Assembly (NCBI GenBank): GCA_964057225.1
Contig: OZ059898.1
Coordinates: 1,178,001 to 1,242,000 of the forward strand
Source of the DNA: Auanema rhodensis
Taxonomy: Eukaryota; Animalia; Nematoda
Reading direction: 5' to 3'
DNA length: 64,000 nucleotides
The position numbers and the translations under genes are program-made. Each line of letters starts with the position of its first letter. Positions within the stretch are counted from its first letter, which is position 1. Below the pieces are notes generated by a model. The model did not search any database. It saw only the letters and a list, made by a program, of their open reading frames with translations, and had not been told where the DNA came from. Shown piece after piece: positions 42,601-55,602 of the stretch.

Positions 42601-45600
42601 ACACTAATGCATCATTTTTCAAACGATCATAACTAATTTTTGTATTAAGCGTTTCTCAATGTAATATAGTGCATTCGATGCGGATTTTTAAGCTGCGTCG
42701 ATCTGTGGTATCAGATTTGCGCTAGCTTAAAAATGCACCGAGATATCAACTGATATAAGTTCACACTTATATCCTCGATTTTCACCCTGAAGAATTAATT
42801 TTTTCGTTGAATAACATTGTCCATCGTCTTTGCCTTGAAAAATGGAATCTAAAAACATCTACTTTTTGCTAAATTATCTTGAAATTTTTCGAAAAAATTT
42901 TTGTCAAAATGTTTTTGGAAGCAATGTTGAGTGTACATGGAAACTCAACATACACTAATGCATCATTTTTCAAACGATCATAACTAATTTTTGTATTAAG
43001 CGTTTCTCAATGTAATATAGTGCATTCGATGCGGATTTTTAAGCTGCGTCGATCTGTGTTATCAGATTTGCGCTAGCTTAAAAATGCACCGAGATATCAA
43101 CTGATATAAGTTCACACTTATATCCTCGATTTTCACCCTGAAGAATTAATTTTTTCGTTGAATAACATTGTCCATCGTCTTTGCCTTGAAAAATGGAATC
43201 TAAAAACATCTACTTTTTGCTAAATTATCTTGAAATTTTTCGAAAAAATTTTTGTCAAAATGTTTTTGGAAGCAATGTTGAGTGTACATGGAAACTCAAC
43301 ATACACTAATGCATCATTTTTCAAACGATCATAACTAATTTTTGTATTAAGCGTTTCTCAATGTAATATAGTGCATTCGATGCGGATTTTTAAGCTGCGT
43401 CGATCTGTGTTATCAGATTTGCGCTAGCTTAAAAATGCACCGAGATATCAACTGATATAAGTTCACACTTATATCCTCGATTTTCACCCTGAAGAATTAA
43501 TTTTTTCGTTGAATAACATTGTCCATCGTCTTTGCCTTGAAAAAAGGAATCTAAAAACATCTACTTTTTGCTAAATTATTTTGAAATTTTTCGAAAAAAT
43601 TTTTGTCAAAATGTTTTTGGAAGCAATGTTGAGTGTACATGGAAACTCAACATACACTAATGCATCATTTTTCAATCAATCATAACTAATTTTTGTATTA
43701 AGCGTTTCTCAATGTAGTATAGTGCATTCGATGCGGATTTTTAAGCTGCGTCGATCTGTGTTATCAGATTTGCGCTAGCTTAAAAATGCACCGAGATATC
43801 AACTGATATAAGTTCACACTTATATCCTCGATTTTCACCCTGAAGAATTAATTTTTTCGTTGAATAACATTGTCCATCGTCTTTGCCTTGAAAAAAGGAA
43901 TCTAAAAACATCTACTTTTTGCTAAATTATCTTGAAATTTTTCGAAAAAATTTTTGTCAAAATGTTTTTGGAAGCAATGTTGAGTGTACATGGAAACTCA
44001 ACATACACTAATGCATCATTTTTCAATCAATCATAACTAATTTTTGTATTAAGCGTTTCTCAATGTAGTATAGTGCATTCGATGCGGATTTTTAAGCTGC
44101 GTCGATCTGTGTTATCAGATTTGCGCTAGCTTAAAAATGCACCGAGATATCAACTGATATAAGTTCACACTTATATCCTCGATTTTCACCCTGAAGAATT
44201 AATTTTTTCGTTGAATAACATTGTCCATCGTCTTTGCCTTGAAAAAAGGAATCTAAAAACATCTACTTTTTGCTAAATTATTTTGAAATTTTTCGAAAAA
44301 ATTTTTGTCAAAATGTTTTTGGAAGCAATGTTGAGTGTACATGGAAACTCAACATACACTAATGCATCATTTTTCAATCAATCATAACTAATTTTTGTAT
44401 CAAGCGTTTCTCAATGTAGTATAGTGCATTCGATGCGGATTTTTAAGCTGCGTCGATCTGTGTTATCAGATTTGCGCTAGCTTAAAAATGCACCGAGATA
44501 TCAACTGATATAAGTTCACACTTATATCCTCGATTTTCACCCTGAAGAATTAATTTTTTCGTTGAATAACATTGTCCATCGTCTTTGCCTTGAAAAAAGA
44601 AATCTAAAAACATCTACTTTTTGCTAAATTATTTTGAAATTTTTCGAAAAAATTTTTGTCAAAATGTTTTTGGAAGCAATGTTGAGTGTACATGGAAACT
44701 CAACATACACTAATGCATCATTTTTCAATCAATCATAACTAATTTTTGTATTAAGCGTTTCTCAATGTAGTATAGTGCATTCGATGCGGATTGTTAAGCT
44801 GCGTCGATCTGTGTTATCAGATTTGCGCTAGCTTAAAAATGCACCGAGATATCAACTGATATAAGTTCACACTTATATCCTCGATTTTCACCCTGAAGAA
44901 TTAATTTTTTCGTTGAATAACATTGTCCATCGTCTTTGCCTTGAAAAAAGGAATCTAAAAACATCTACTTTTTGCTAAATTATTTTGAAATTTTTCGAAA
45001 AAATTTTTGTCAAAATGTTTTTGGAAGCAATGTTGAGTGTACATGGAAACTCAACATACACTAATGCATCATTTTTCAAACGATCATAACTAATTTTTGT
45101 ATCAAACGTTTTTCAATGTAGTATAGTGCATTCGATGCGGATTTTTAAGCTGCGTCGATCTGTGTTATCAGATTTGCGCTAGCTTAAAAATGCACCGAGA
45201 TATAAACTGATATAAGTTCACACTTATATCCTCGATTTTCACCCTGAAGAATTAATTTTTTCGTTGAATAACATTGTCCATCGTCTTTGCCTTGAAAAAA
45301 GGAATCTAAAAACATCTACTTTTTGCTAAATTATTTTGAAATTTTTCGAAAAAATTTTTGTCAAAATGTTTTTGGAAGCAATGTTGAGTGTGCATGGAAA
45401 CTCAACATACACTAATGCATCATTTTTCAAACGATCATAACTAATTTTTGTATTAAGCGTTTCTCAATGTAGTATAATGCATTTGATGCGGATTTTTAAG
45501 CTGCGTCGATCTGTGTTATCAGATTTGCGCTAGCTTAAAAATGCACCGAGATATCAACTGATATAAGTTCACACTTATATCCTCGATTTTCACCTTGAAG

Positions 45601-48070
45601 AATTAATTTTTTCGTTGAATAACATTGTCCATCGTCTTTGCCTTGAAAAAAGGAATCTAAAAACATCTACTTTTTGCTAAATTATTTTGAAATTTTTCGA
45701 AAAAATTTTTGTCAAAATGTTTTTGGAAGCAATGTTGAGTGTACATGGAAACTCAACATACACTAATGCATCATTTTTCAAACAATCATAACTAATTTTT
45801 GTATTAAGCGTTTCTCAATGTAGTATAGTGCATTCGATGCGGATTTTTAAGCTGCGTCGATCTGTGTTATCAGATTTGCGCTAGCTTAAAAATGCACCGA
45901 GATATCAACTGATATAAGTTCACACATATATCCTCGATTTTCACCCTGAAGAATTAATTTTTTCGTTGAATAACATTGTCCATCGTCTTTGCCTTGAAAA
46001 AAGGAATCTAAAAACATCTACTTTTTGCTAAATTATTTTGAAATTTTTCTAAAAAATTTTTGTCAAAATGTTTTTGGAAGCAATGTTGAGTGTACATGGA
46101 AACTCAACATACACTAATGCATCATTTTTCAAACGATCATAACTAATTTTTGTATTAAACGTTTTTCAATGTAGTATAGTGCATTCGATGCGGATTTTTA
46201 AGCTGCGTCGATCTGTGTTATCAGATTTGCGCTAGCTTAAAAATGCACCGAGATATCAACTGATATAAGTTCACACTTATATCCTCGATTTTCACCCTGA
46301 AGAATTAATTTTTTCGTTGAATAACATTGTCCATCGTCTTTGCCTTGAAAAAAGGAATCTAAAAACATCTACTTTTTGCTAAATTATTTTGAAATTTTTC
46401 GAAAAAATTTTTGTCAAAATGTTTTTGGAAGCAATGTTGAGTGTACATGGAAACTCAACATACACTAATGCATCATTTTTCAAACAATCATAACTAATTT
46501 TTGTATTAAGCGTTTCTCAATGTAGTATAGTGCATTCGATGCGGATTTTTAAGCTGCGTCGATCTGTGTTATCAGATTTGCGCTAGCTTAAAAATGCACC
46601 GAGATATCAACTGATATAAGTTCACACTTATATCCTCGATTTTCACCCTGAAGAATTAATTTTTTCGTTCAATAACATTGTCCATCGTCTTTGCCTTGAA
46701 AAAAGGAATCTAAAAACATCTACTTTTTGCTAAATTATTTTGAAATTTTTCGAAAAAATTTTTGTCAAAATGTTTTTGGAAGCAATGTTGAGTGTACATG
46801 GAAACTCAACATACACTAATGCATCATTTTTCAAACGATCATAACTAATTTTTGTATTAAACGTTTTTCAATGTAGTATAGTGCATTCGATGCGGATTTT
46901 TAAGCTGCGTCGATCTGTGTTATCAGATTTGCGCTAGCTTAAAAATGCACCGAGATATCAACTGGTATAAGTTCACACTTATATCCTCGATTTTCACCCT
47001 GAAGAATTAATTTTTTCGTCGAATAACATTGTCCATCGTCTTTGCCTTGAAAAAAGGAATCTAAAAACATCTACTTTTTGCTAAATTATTTTGAAATTTT
47101 TCGAAAAAATTTTTGTCAAAATGTTTTTGGAAGCAATGTTGAGTGTACATGGAAACTCAACATACACTAATGCATCATTTTTCAAACGATCATAACTAAT
47201 TTTTGTATTAAGCGTTTCTCAATGTAGTATAGTGCATTCGATGCGGATTTTTAAGCTGCGTCGATCTGTGTTATCAGATTTGCGCTAGCTTAAAAATGCA
47301 CCGAGATATAAACTGATATAAGTTCACACTTATATCCTCGATTTTCACCCTGAAGAATTAATTTTTTCGTTGAATAACATTGTCCATCGTCTTTACCTTG
47401 AAAAAAGGAATCTAAAAACATCTACTTTTTGCTAAATTATTTTGAAATTTTTCGAAAAAATTTTTGTCAAAATGTTTTTGGAAGCAATGTTGAGTGTACA
47501 TGGAAACTCAACATACACTAATGCATCATTTTTCAAACGATCATAACTAATTTTTGTATTAAGCGTTTCTCAATGTGGTATAGTGCATTCGATGCGGATT
47601 TTTAAGCTGCGTCGATCTGTGTTATCAGATTTGCGCTAGCTTAAAAATGCACCGAGATATAAACTGATATAAGTTCACACTTATATCCTCGATTTTCACC
47701 CTGAAGAATTAATTTTTTCGTTGAATAACATTGTCCATCGTCTTTGCCTTGAAAAAAGGAATCTAAAAACATCTACTTTTTGCTAAATTATTTTGAAATT
47801 TTTCGAAAAAATTTTTGTCAAAATGTTTTTGGAAGCAATGTTGAGTGTACATGGAAACTCAACATACACTAATGCATCATTTTTCAAACGATCATAACTA
47901 ATTTTTGTATTAAGCGTTTCTCAATGTAGTATAGTGCATTCGATGCGGATTTTTAAGCTGCGTCGATCTGTGTTATCAGATTTGCGCTAACTTACAAATG
48001 CACCGAGATATCAACTGATATAAGTTCACACTTATATCCTCGATTTTCACCCTGAAGAATTAATTTTTTC

Positions 48071-48370
48071 GTTGAATAACATTGTCCATCGTCTTTGCCT
48101 TGAAAAAAGGAATCTAAAAACATCTACTTTGGAAGCAATGTTGAGTGTACATGGAAACTCAACATACACTAATGCATCATTTTTCAAACGATCATAACTA
48201 ATTTTTGTATTAAGCGTTTCTCAATGTAGTATAGTGCATTCGATGCGGATTTTTAAGCTGCGTCGATCTGTGTTATCAGATTTGCGCTAGCTTAAAAATG
48301 CACCGAGATATCAACTGGTATAAGTTCACACTTATATCCTCGATTTTAACCCTGAAGAATTAATTTTTTC
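48071..48370. repeat. Truncated 300-bp monomer with a 51-bp internal deletion
   Basis: Reads CATCTACTTT|GGAAGCAATG at 48121-48140, so monomer positions 61-111 are missing; the next unit starts at 48371. Confidence 0.97.
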
Positions 48371-49777
48371 GTCGAATAACATTGTCCATCGTCTTTGCCT
48401 TGAAAAAAGGAATCTAAAAACATCTACTTTTTGCTAAATTATTTTGAAATTTTTCGAAAAAATTTTTGTCAAAATGTTTTTGGAAGCAATGTTGAGTGTA
48501 CATGGAAACTCAACATACACTAATGCATCATTTTTCAAACGATCATAACTAATTTTTGTATTAAGCGTTTCTCAATGTAGTATAGTGCATTCGATGCGGA
48601 TTTTTAAGCTGCGTCGATCTGTGTTATCAGATTTGCGCTAGCTTAAAAATGCACCGAGATATAAACTGATATAAGTTCACACTTATATCCTCGATTTTCA
48701 CCCTGAAGAATTAATTTTTTCGTTGAATAACATTGTCCATCGTCTTTACCTTGAAAAAAGGAATCTAAAAACATCTACTTTTTGCTAAATTATTTTGAAA
48801 TTTTTCGAAAAAATTTTTGTCAAAATGTTTTTGGAAGCAATGTTGAGTGTACATGGAAACTCAACATACACTAATGCATCATTTTTCAAACGATCATAAC
48901 TAATTTTTGTATTAAGCGTTTCTCAATGTGATATAGTGCATTCGATGCGGATTTTTAAGCTGCGTCGATCTGTGTTATCAGATTTGCGCTAGCTTAAAAA
49001 TGCACCGAGATATCAACTGATATAAGTTCACACTTATATCCTCGATTTTCACCCTGAAGAATTAATTTTTTCGTTGAATAACATTGTCCATCGTCTTTGC
49101 CTTGAAAAAAGGAATCTAAAAACATCTACTTTTTGCTAAATTATTTTGAAATTTTTCGAAAAAATTTTTGTCAAAATGTTTTTGGAAGCAATGTTGAGTG
49201 TACATGGAAACTCAACATACACTAATGCATCATTTTTCAAACGATCATAACTAATTTTTGTATTAAGCGTTTCTCAATGTAGTATAGTGCATTCGATGCG
49301 GATTTTTAAGCTGCGTCGATCTGTGTTATCAGATTTGCGCTAGCTTAAAAATGCACCGAGATATAAACTGATATAAGTTCACACTTATATCCTCGATTTT
49401 CACCCTGAAGAATTAATTTTTTCGTTGAATAACATTGTCCATCGTCTTTGCCTTGAAAGAAGGAATCTAAAAACATCTACTTTTTGCTAAATTATTTTGA
49501 AATTTTTCGAAAAAATTTTTGTCAAAATGTTTTTGGAAGCAATGTTGAGTGTACATGGAAACTCAACATACACTAATGCATCATTTTTCAAACGATCATA
49601 ACTAATTTTTGTATTGAGCGTTTCTCAATGTAGTATAGTGCATTCGATGCGGATTTTTAAGCTGCGTCGATCTGTGTTATTAGATTTGCGCTAGCTTAAA
49701 AATGCACCGAGATATCAACTGGTATAAGTTCACACTTATATCCTCGATTTTAACCCTGAAGAATTAATTTTTTCGTC

Positions 49778-52700
49778 GAATAACATTGTCCATCGTCTTT
49801 GCCTTGAAAAAAGGAATCTAAAAACATCTACTTTTTGCTAAATTATTTTGAAATTTTTCGAAAAAATTTTTGTCAAAATGTTTTTGGAAGCAATGTTGAG
49901 TGTACATGGAAACTCAACATACACTAATGCATCATTTTTCAAACGATCATAACTAATTTTTGTATTAAGCGTTTCTCAATGTAGTACAGTGCATTCGATG
50001 CGGATTTTTAAGCTGCGTCGATCTGTGTTATCAGATTTGCGCTAGCTTAAAAATGCACCGAGATATAAACTGATATAAGTTCACACTTATATCCTCGATT
50101 TTCACCCTGAAGAATTAACTTTTTCGTTGAATAACATTGTCCATCGTCTTTACCTTGAAAAAAGGAATCTAAAAACATCTACTTTTTGCTAAATTATTTT
50201 GAAATTTTTCGAAAAAATTTTTGTCAAAATGTTTTTGGAAGCAATGTTGAGTGTACATGGAAACTCAACATACACTAATGCATCATTTTTCAAACGATCA
50301 TAACTAATTTTTGTATTAAGCGTTTCTCAATGTAGTATAGTGCATTCGATGCGGATTTTTAAGCTGCGTCGATCTGTGTTATCAGATTTGCGCTAGCTTA
50401 AAAATGCACCGAGATATAAACTGATATAAGTTCACACTTATATCCTCGATTTTCACCCTGAAGAATTAATTTTTTCGTTGAATAACATTGTCCATCGTCT
50501 TTGCCTTGAAAGAAGGAATCTAAAAACATCTACTTTTTGCTAAATTATTCTGAAATTTTTCGAAAAAATTTTTGTCAAAATGTTTTTGGAAGCAATGTTG
50601 AGTATACATGGAAACTCAACATACACTAATGCATCATTTTTCAAACAATCATAACTAATTTTTGTATTGAGCGTTTCTCAATGTAGTATAGTGCATTCGA
50701 TGCGGATTTTTAAGCTGCGTCGATCTGTGTTATTAGATTTGCGCTAGCTTAAAAATGCACCGAGATATCAACTGATATAAGTTCACACTTATATCCTCGA
50801 TTTTCACCCTGAAGAATTAATTTTTTCGTTGAATAACATTGTCCATCGTCTTTGCCTTGAAAAAAGGAATCTAAACAATTCTACTTTTTGCTAAATTATT
50901 TTGAAATTTTTCGAAAAAATTTTTGTCAAAATGTTTTTGGAAGCAATGTTGAGTGTACATGGAAACTCAACATACACTAATGCATCATTTTTCAAACGAT
51001 CATAACTAATTTTTGTATTAAGCGTTTCTCAATGTAGTATAGTGCATTCGATGCGGATTTTTAAGCTGCGTCGATCTGTGTTATCAGATTTGCGCTAGCT
51101 TAAAAATGCACCGAGATATCAACTGATATAAGTTCACACTTATATCCTCGATTTTCACCCTGAAGAATTAATTTTTTCGTTGAATAACATTGTCCATCGT
51201 CTTTGCCTTGAAAAAAGGAATCTAAAAACATCTACTTTTTGCTAAATTATTTTGAAATTTTTCGAAAAAATTTTTGTCAAAATGTTTTTGGAAGCAATGT
51301 TGAGTGTACATGGAAACTCAACATACACTAATGCATCATTTTTCAAACGATCATAACTAATTTTTGTATTAAGCGTTTCTCAATGTAGTCTAGTGCATTC
51401 GATGCGGATTTTTAAGCTGCGTCGATCTGTGTTATCAGATTTGCGCTAGCTTAAAAATGCACCGAGATATCAACTGATATAAGTTCACACTTATATCCTC
51501 GATTTTCACCCTGAAGAATTAATTTTTTCGTTGAATAACATTGTCCATCGTCTTTGCCTTGAAAAAAGGAATCTAAAAACATCTACTTTTTGCTAAATTA
51601 TTTTGAAATTTTTCGAAAAAATTTTTGTCAAAATGTTTTTGGAAGCAATGTTGAGTGTACATGGAAACTCAACATACACTAATGCATCATTTTTCAAACG
51701 ATCATAACTAATTTTTGTATTGAGCGTTTCTCAATGTAGTATAGTGCATTCGATGCGGATTTTTAAGCTGCGTCGATCTGTGTTATCAGATTTGCGCTAG
51801 CTTAAAAATGCACCGAGATATCAACTGATATAAGTTCACACTTATATCCTCGATTTTCACCCTGAAGAATTAATTTTTTCGTTGAATAACATTGTCCATC
51901 GTCTTTGCCTTGAAAAAAGGAATCTAAAAACATCTACTTTTTGCTAAATTATTTTGAAATTTTTCGAAAAAATTTTTGTCAAAATGTTTTTGGAAGCAAT
52001 GTTGAGTGTACATGGAAACTCAACATACACTAATGCATCATTTTTCAAACGATCATAACTAATTTTTGTATTAAGCGTTTCTCAATGTAGTATAGTGCAT
52101 TCGATGCGGATTTTTAAGCTGCGTCGATCTGTGTTATCAGATTTGCGCTAGCTTAAAAATGCACCGAGATATCAACTGATATAAGTTCACACTTATATCC
52201 TCGATTTTCACCCTGAAGAATTAATTTTTTCGTTGAATAACATTGTCCATCGTCTTTGCCTTGAAAAAAGGAATCTAAAAACATCTACTTTTTGCTAAAT
52301 TATTTTGAAATTTTTCGAAAAAATTTTTGTCAAAATGTTTTTGGAAGCAATGTTGAGTGTACATGGAAACTCAACATACACTAATGCATCATTTTTCAAA
52401 CGATCATAACTAATTTCTGTATTAAGCGTTTCTCAATGTAGTCTAGTGCATTCGATGCGGATTTTTAAGCTGCGTCGATCTGTGTTATCAGATTTGCGCT
52501 AGCTTAAAAATGCACCGAGATATCAACTGATATAAGTTCACACTTATATCCTCGATTTTCACCCTGAAGAATTAATTTTTTCGTTGAATAACATTGTCCA
52601 TCGTCTTTGCCTTGAAAAAAGGAATCTAAAAACATCTACTTTTTGCTAAATTATTTTGAAATTTTTCGAAAAAATTTTTGTCAAAATGTTTTTGGAAGCA

Positions 52701-55602
52701 ATGTTGAGTGTACATGGAAACTCAACATACACTAATGCATCATTTTTCAAACGATCATAACTAATTTTTGTATTAAGCGTTTCTCAATGTAGTACAGTGC
52801 ATTCGATGCGGATTTTTAAGCTGCGTCGATCTGTGTTATCAGATTTGCGCTAGCTTAAAAATGCACCGAGATATAAACTGATATAAGTTCACACTTATAT
52901 CCTCGATTTTCACCCTGAAGAATTAACTTTTTCGTTGAATAACATTGTCCATCGTCTTTACCTTGAAAAAAGGAATCTAAAAACATCTACTTTTTGCTAA
53001 ATTATTTTGAAATTTTTCGAAAAAATTTTTGTCAAAATGTTTTTGGAAGCAATGTTGAGTGTACATGGAAACTCAACATACACTAATGCATCATTTTTCA
53101 AACGATCATAACTAATTTTTGTATTAAGCGTTTCTCAATGTAGTATAGTGCATTCGATGCGGATTTTTAAGCTGCGTCGATCTGTGTTATCAGATTTGCG
53201 CTAGCTTAAAAATGCACCGAGATATAAACTGATATAAGTTCACACTTATATCCTCGATTTTCACCCTGAAGAATTAATTTTTTCGTTGAATAACATTGTC
53301 CATCGTCTTTGCCTTGAAAGAAGGAATCTAAAAACATCTACTTTTTGCTAAATTATTCTGAAATTTTTCGAAAAAATTTTTGTCAAAATGTTTTTGGAAG
53401 CAATGTTGAGTATACATGGAAACTCAACATACACTAATGCATCATTTTTCAAACAATCATAACTAATTTTTGTATTGAGCGTTTCTCAATGTAGTATAGT
53501 GCATTCGATGCGGATTTTTAAGCTGCGTCGATCTGTGTTATTAGATTTGCGCTAGCTTAAAAATGCACCGAGATATCAACTGATATAAGTTCACACTTAT
53601 ATCCTCGATTTTCACCCTGAAGAATTAATTTTTTCGTTGAATAACATTGTCCATCGTCTTTGCCTTGAAAAAAGGAATCTAAACAATTCTACTTTTTGCT
53701 AAATTATTTTGAAATTTTTCGAAAAAATTTTTGTCAAAATGTTTTTGGAAGCAATGTTGAGTGTACATGGAAACTCAACATACACTAATGCATCATTTTT
53801 CAAACGATCATAACTAATTTTTGTATTAAGCGTTTCTCAATGTAGTATAGTGCATTCGATGCGGATTTTTAAGCTGCGTCGATCTGTGTTATCAGATTTG
53901 CGCTAGCTTAAAAATGCACCGAGATATCAACTGATATAAGTTCACACTTATATCCTCGATTTTCACCCTGAAGAATTAATTTTTTCGTTGAATAACATTG
54001 TCCATCGTCTTTGCCTTGAAAAAAGGAATCTAAAAACATCTACTTTTTGCTAAATTATTTTGAAATTTTTCGAAAAAATTTTTGTCAAAATGTTTTTGGA
54101 AGCAATGTTGAGTGTACATGGAAACTCAACATACACTAATGCATCATTTTTCAAACGATCATAACTAATTTTTGTATTAAGCGTTTCTCAATGTAGTCTA
54201 GTGCATTCGATGCGGATTTTTAAGCTGCGTCGATCTGTGTTATCAGATTTGCGCTAGCTTAAAAATGCACCGAGATATCAACTGATATAAGTTCACACTT
54301 ATATCCTCGATTTTCACCCTGAAGAATTAATTTTTTCGTTGAATAACATTGTCCATCGTCTTTGCCTTGAAAAAAGGAATCTAAAAACATCTACTTTTTG
54401 CTAAATTATTTTGAAATTTTTCGAAAAAATTTTTGTCAAAATGTTTTTGGAAGCAATGTTGAGTGTACATGGAAACTCAACATACACTAATGCATCATTT
54501 TTCAAACGATCATAACTAATTTTTGTATTGAGCGTTTCTCAATGTAGTATAGTGCATTCGATGCGGATTTTTAAGCTGCGTCGATCTGTGTTATCAGATT
54601 TGCGCTAGCTTAAAAATGCACCGAGATATCAACTGATATAAGTTCACACTTATATCCTCGATTTTCACCCTGAAGAATTAATTTTTTCGTTGAATAACAT
54701 TGTCCATCGTCTTTGCCTTGAAAAAAGGAATCTAAAAACATCTACTTTTTGCTAAATTATTTTGAAATTTTTCGAAAAAATTTTTGTCAAAATGTTTTTG
54801 GAAGCAATGTTGAGTGTACATGGAAACTCAACATACACTAATGCATCATTTTTCAAACGATCATAACTAATTTTTGTATTAAGCGTTTCTCAATGTAGTA
54901 TAGTGCATTCGATGCGGATTTTTAAGCTGCGTCGATCTGTGTTATCAGATTTGCGCTAGCTTAAAAATGCACCGAGATATCAACTGATATAAGTTCACAC
55001 TTATATCCTCGATTTTCACCCTGAAGAATTAATTTTTTCGTTGAATAACATTGTCCATCGTCTTTGCCTTGAAAAAAGGAATCTAAAAACATCTACTTTT
55101 TGCTAAATTATTTTGAAATTTTTCGAAAAAATTTTTGTCAAAATGTTTTTGGAAGCAATGTTGAGTGTACATGGAAACTCAACATACACTAATGCATCAT
55201 TTTTCAAACGATCATAACTAATTTCTGTATTAAGCGTTTCTCAATGTAGTCTAGTGCATTCGATGCGGATTTTTAAGCTGCGTCGATCTGTGTTATCAGA
55301 TTTGCGCTAGCTTAAAAATGCACCGAGATATCAACTGATATAAGTTCACACTTATATCCTCGATTTTCACCCTGAAGAATTAATTTTTTCGTTGAATAAC
55401 ATTGTCCATCGTCTTTGCCTTGAAAAAAGGAATCTAAAAACATCTACTTTTTGCTAAATTATTTTGAAATTTTTCGAAAAAATTTTTGTCAAAATGTTTT
55501 TGGAAGCAATGTTGAGTGTACATGGAAACTCAACATACACTAATGCATCATTTTTCAAACGATCATAACTAATTTTTGTATTAAGCGTTTCTCAATGTAG
55601 TA
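49778..55602. repeat. Tandem duplication of an 8-monomer block (2808 bp)
   Basis: Rare variants recur at +2808: 49987/52795, 50119/52927, 50550/53358, 50876/53684, 51390/54198, 52417/55225, 52443/55251. The coordinates given are outer bounds. Confidence 0.93.
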
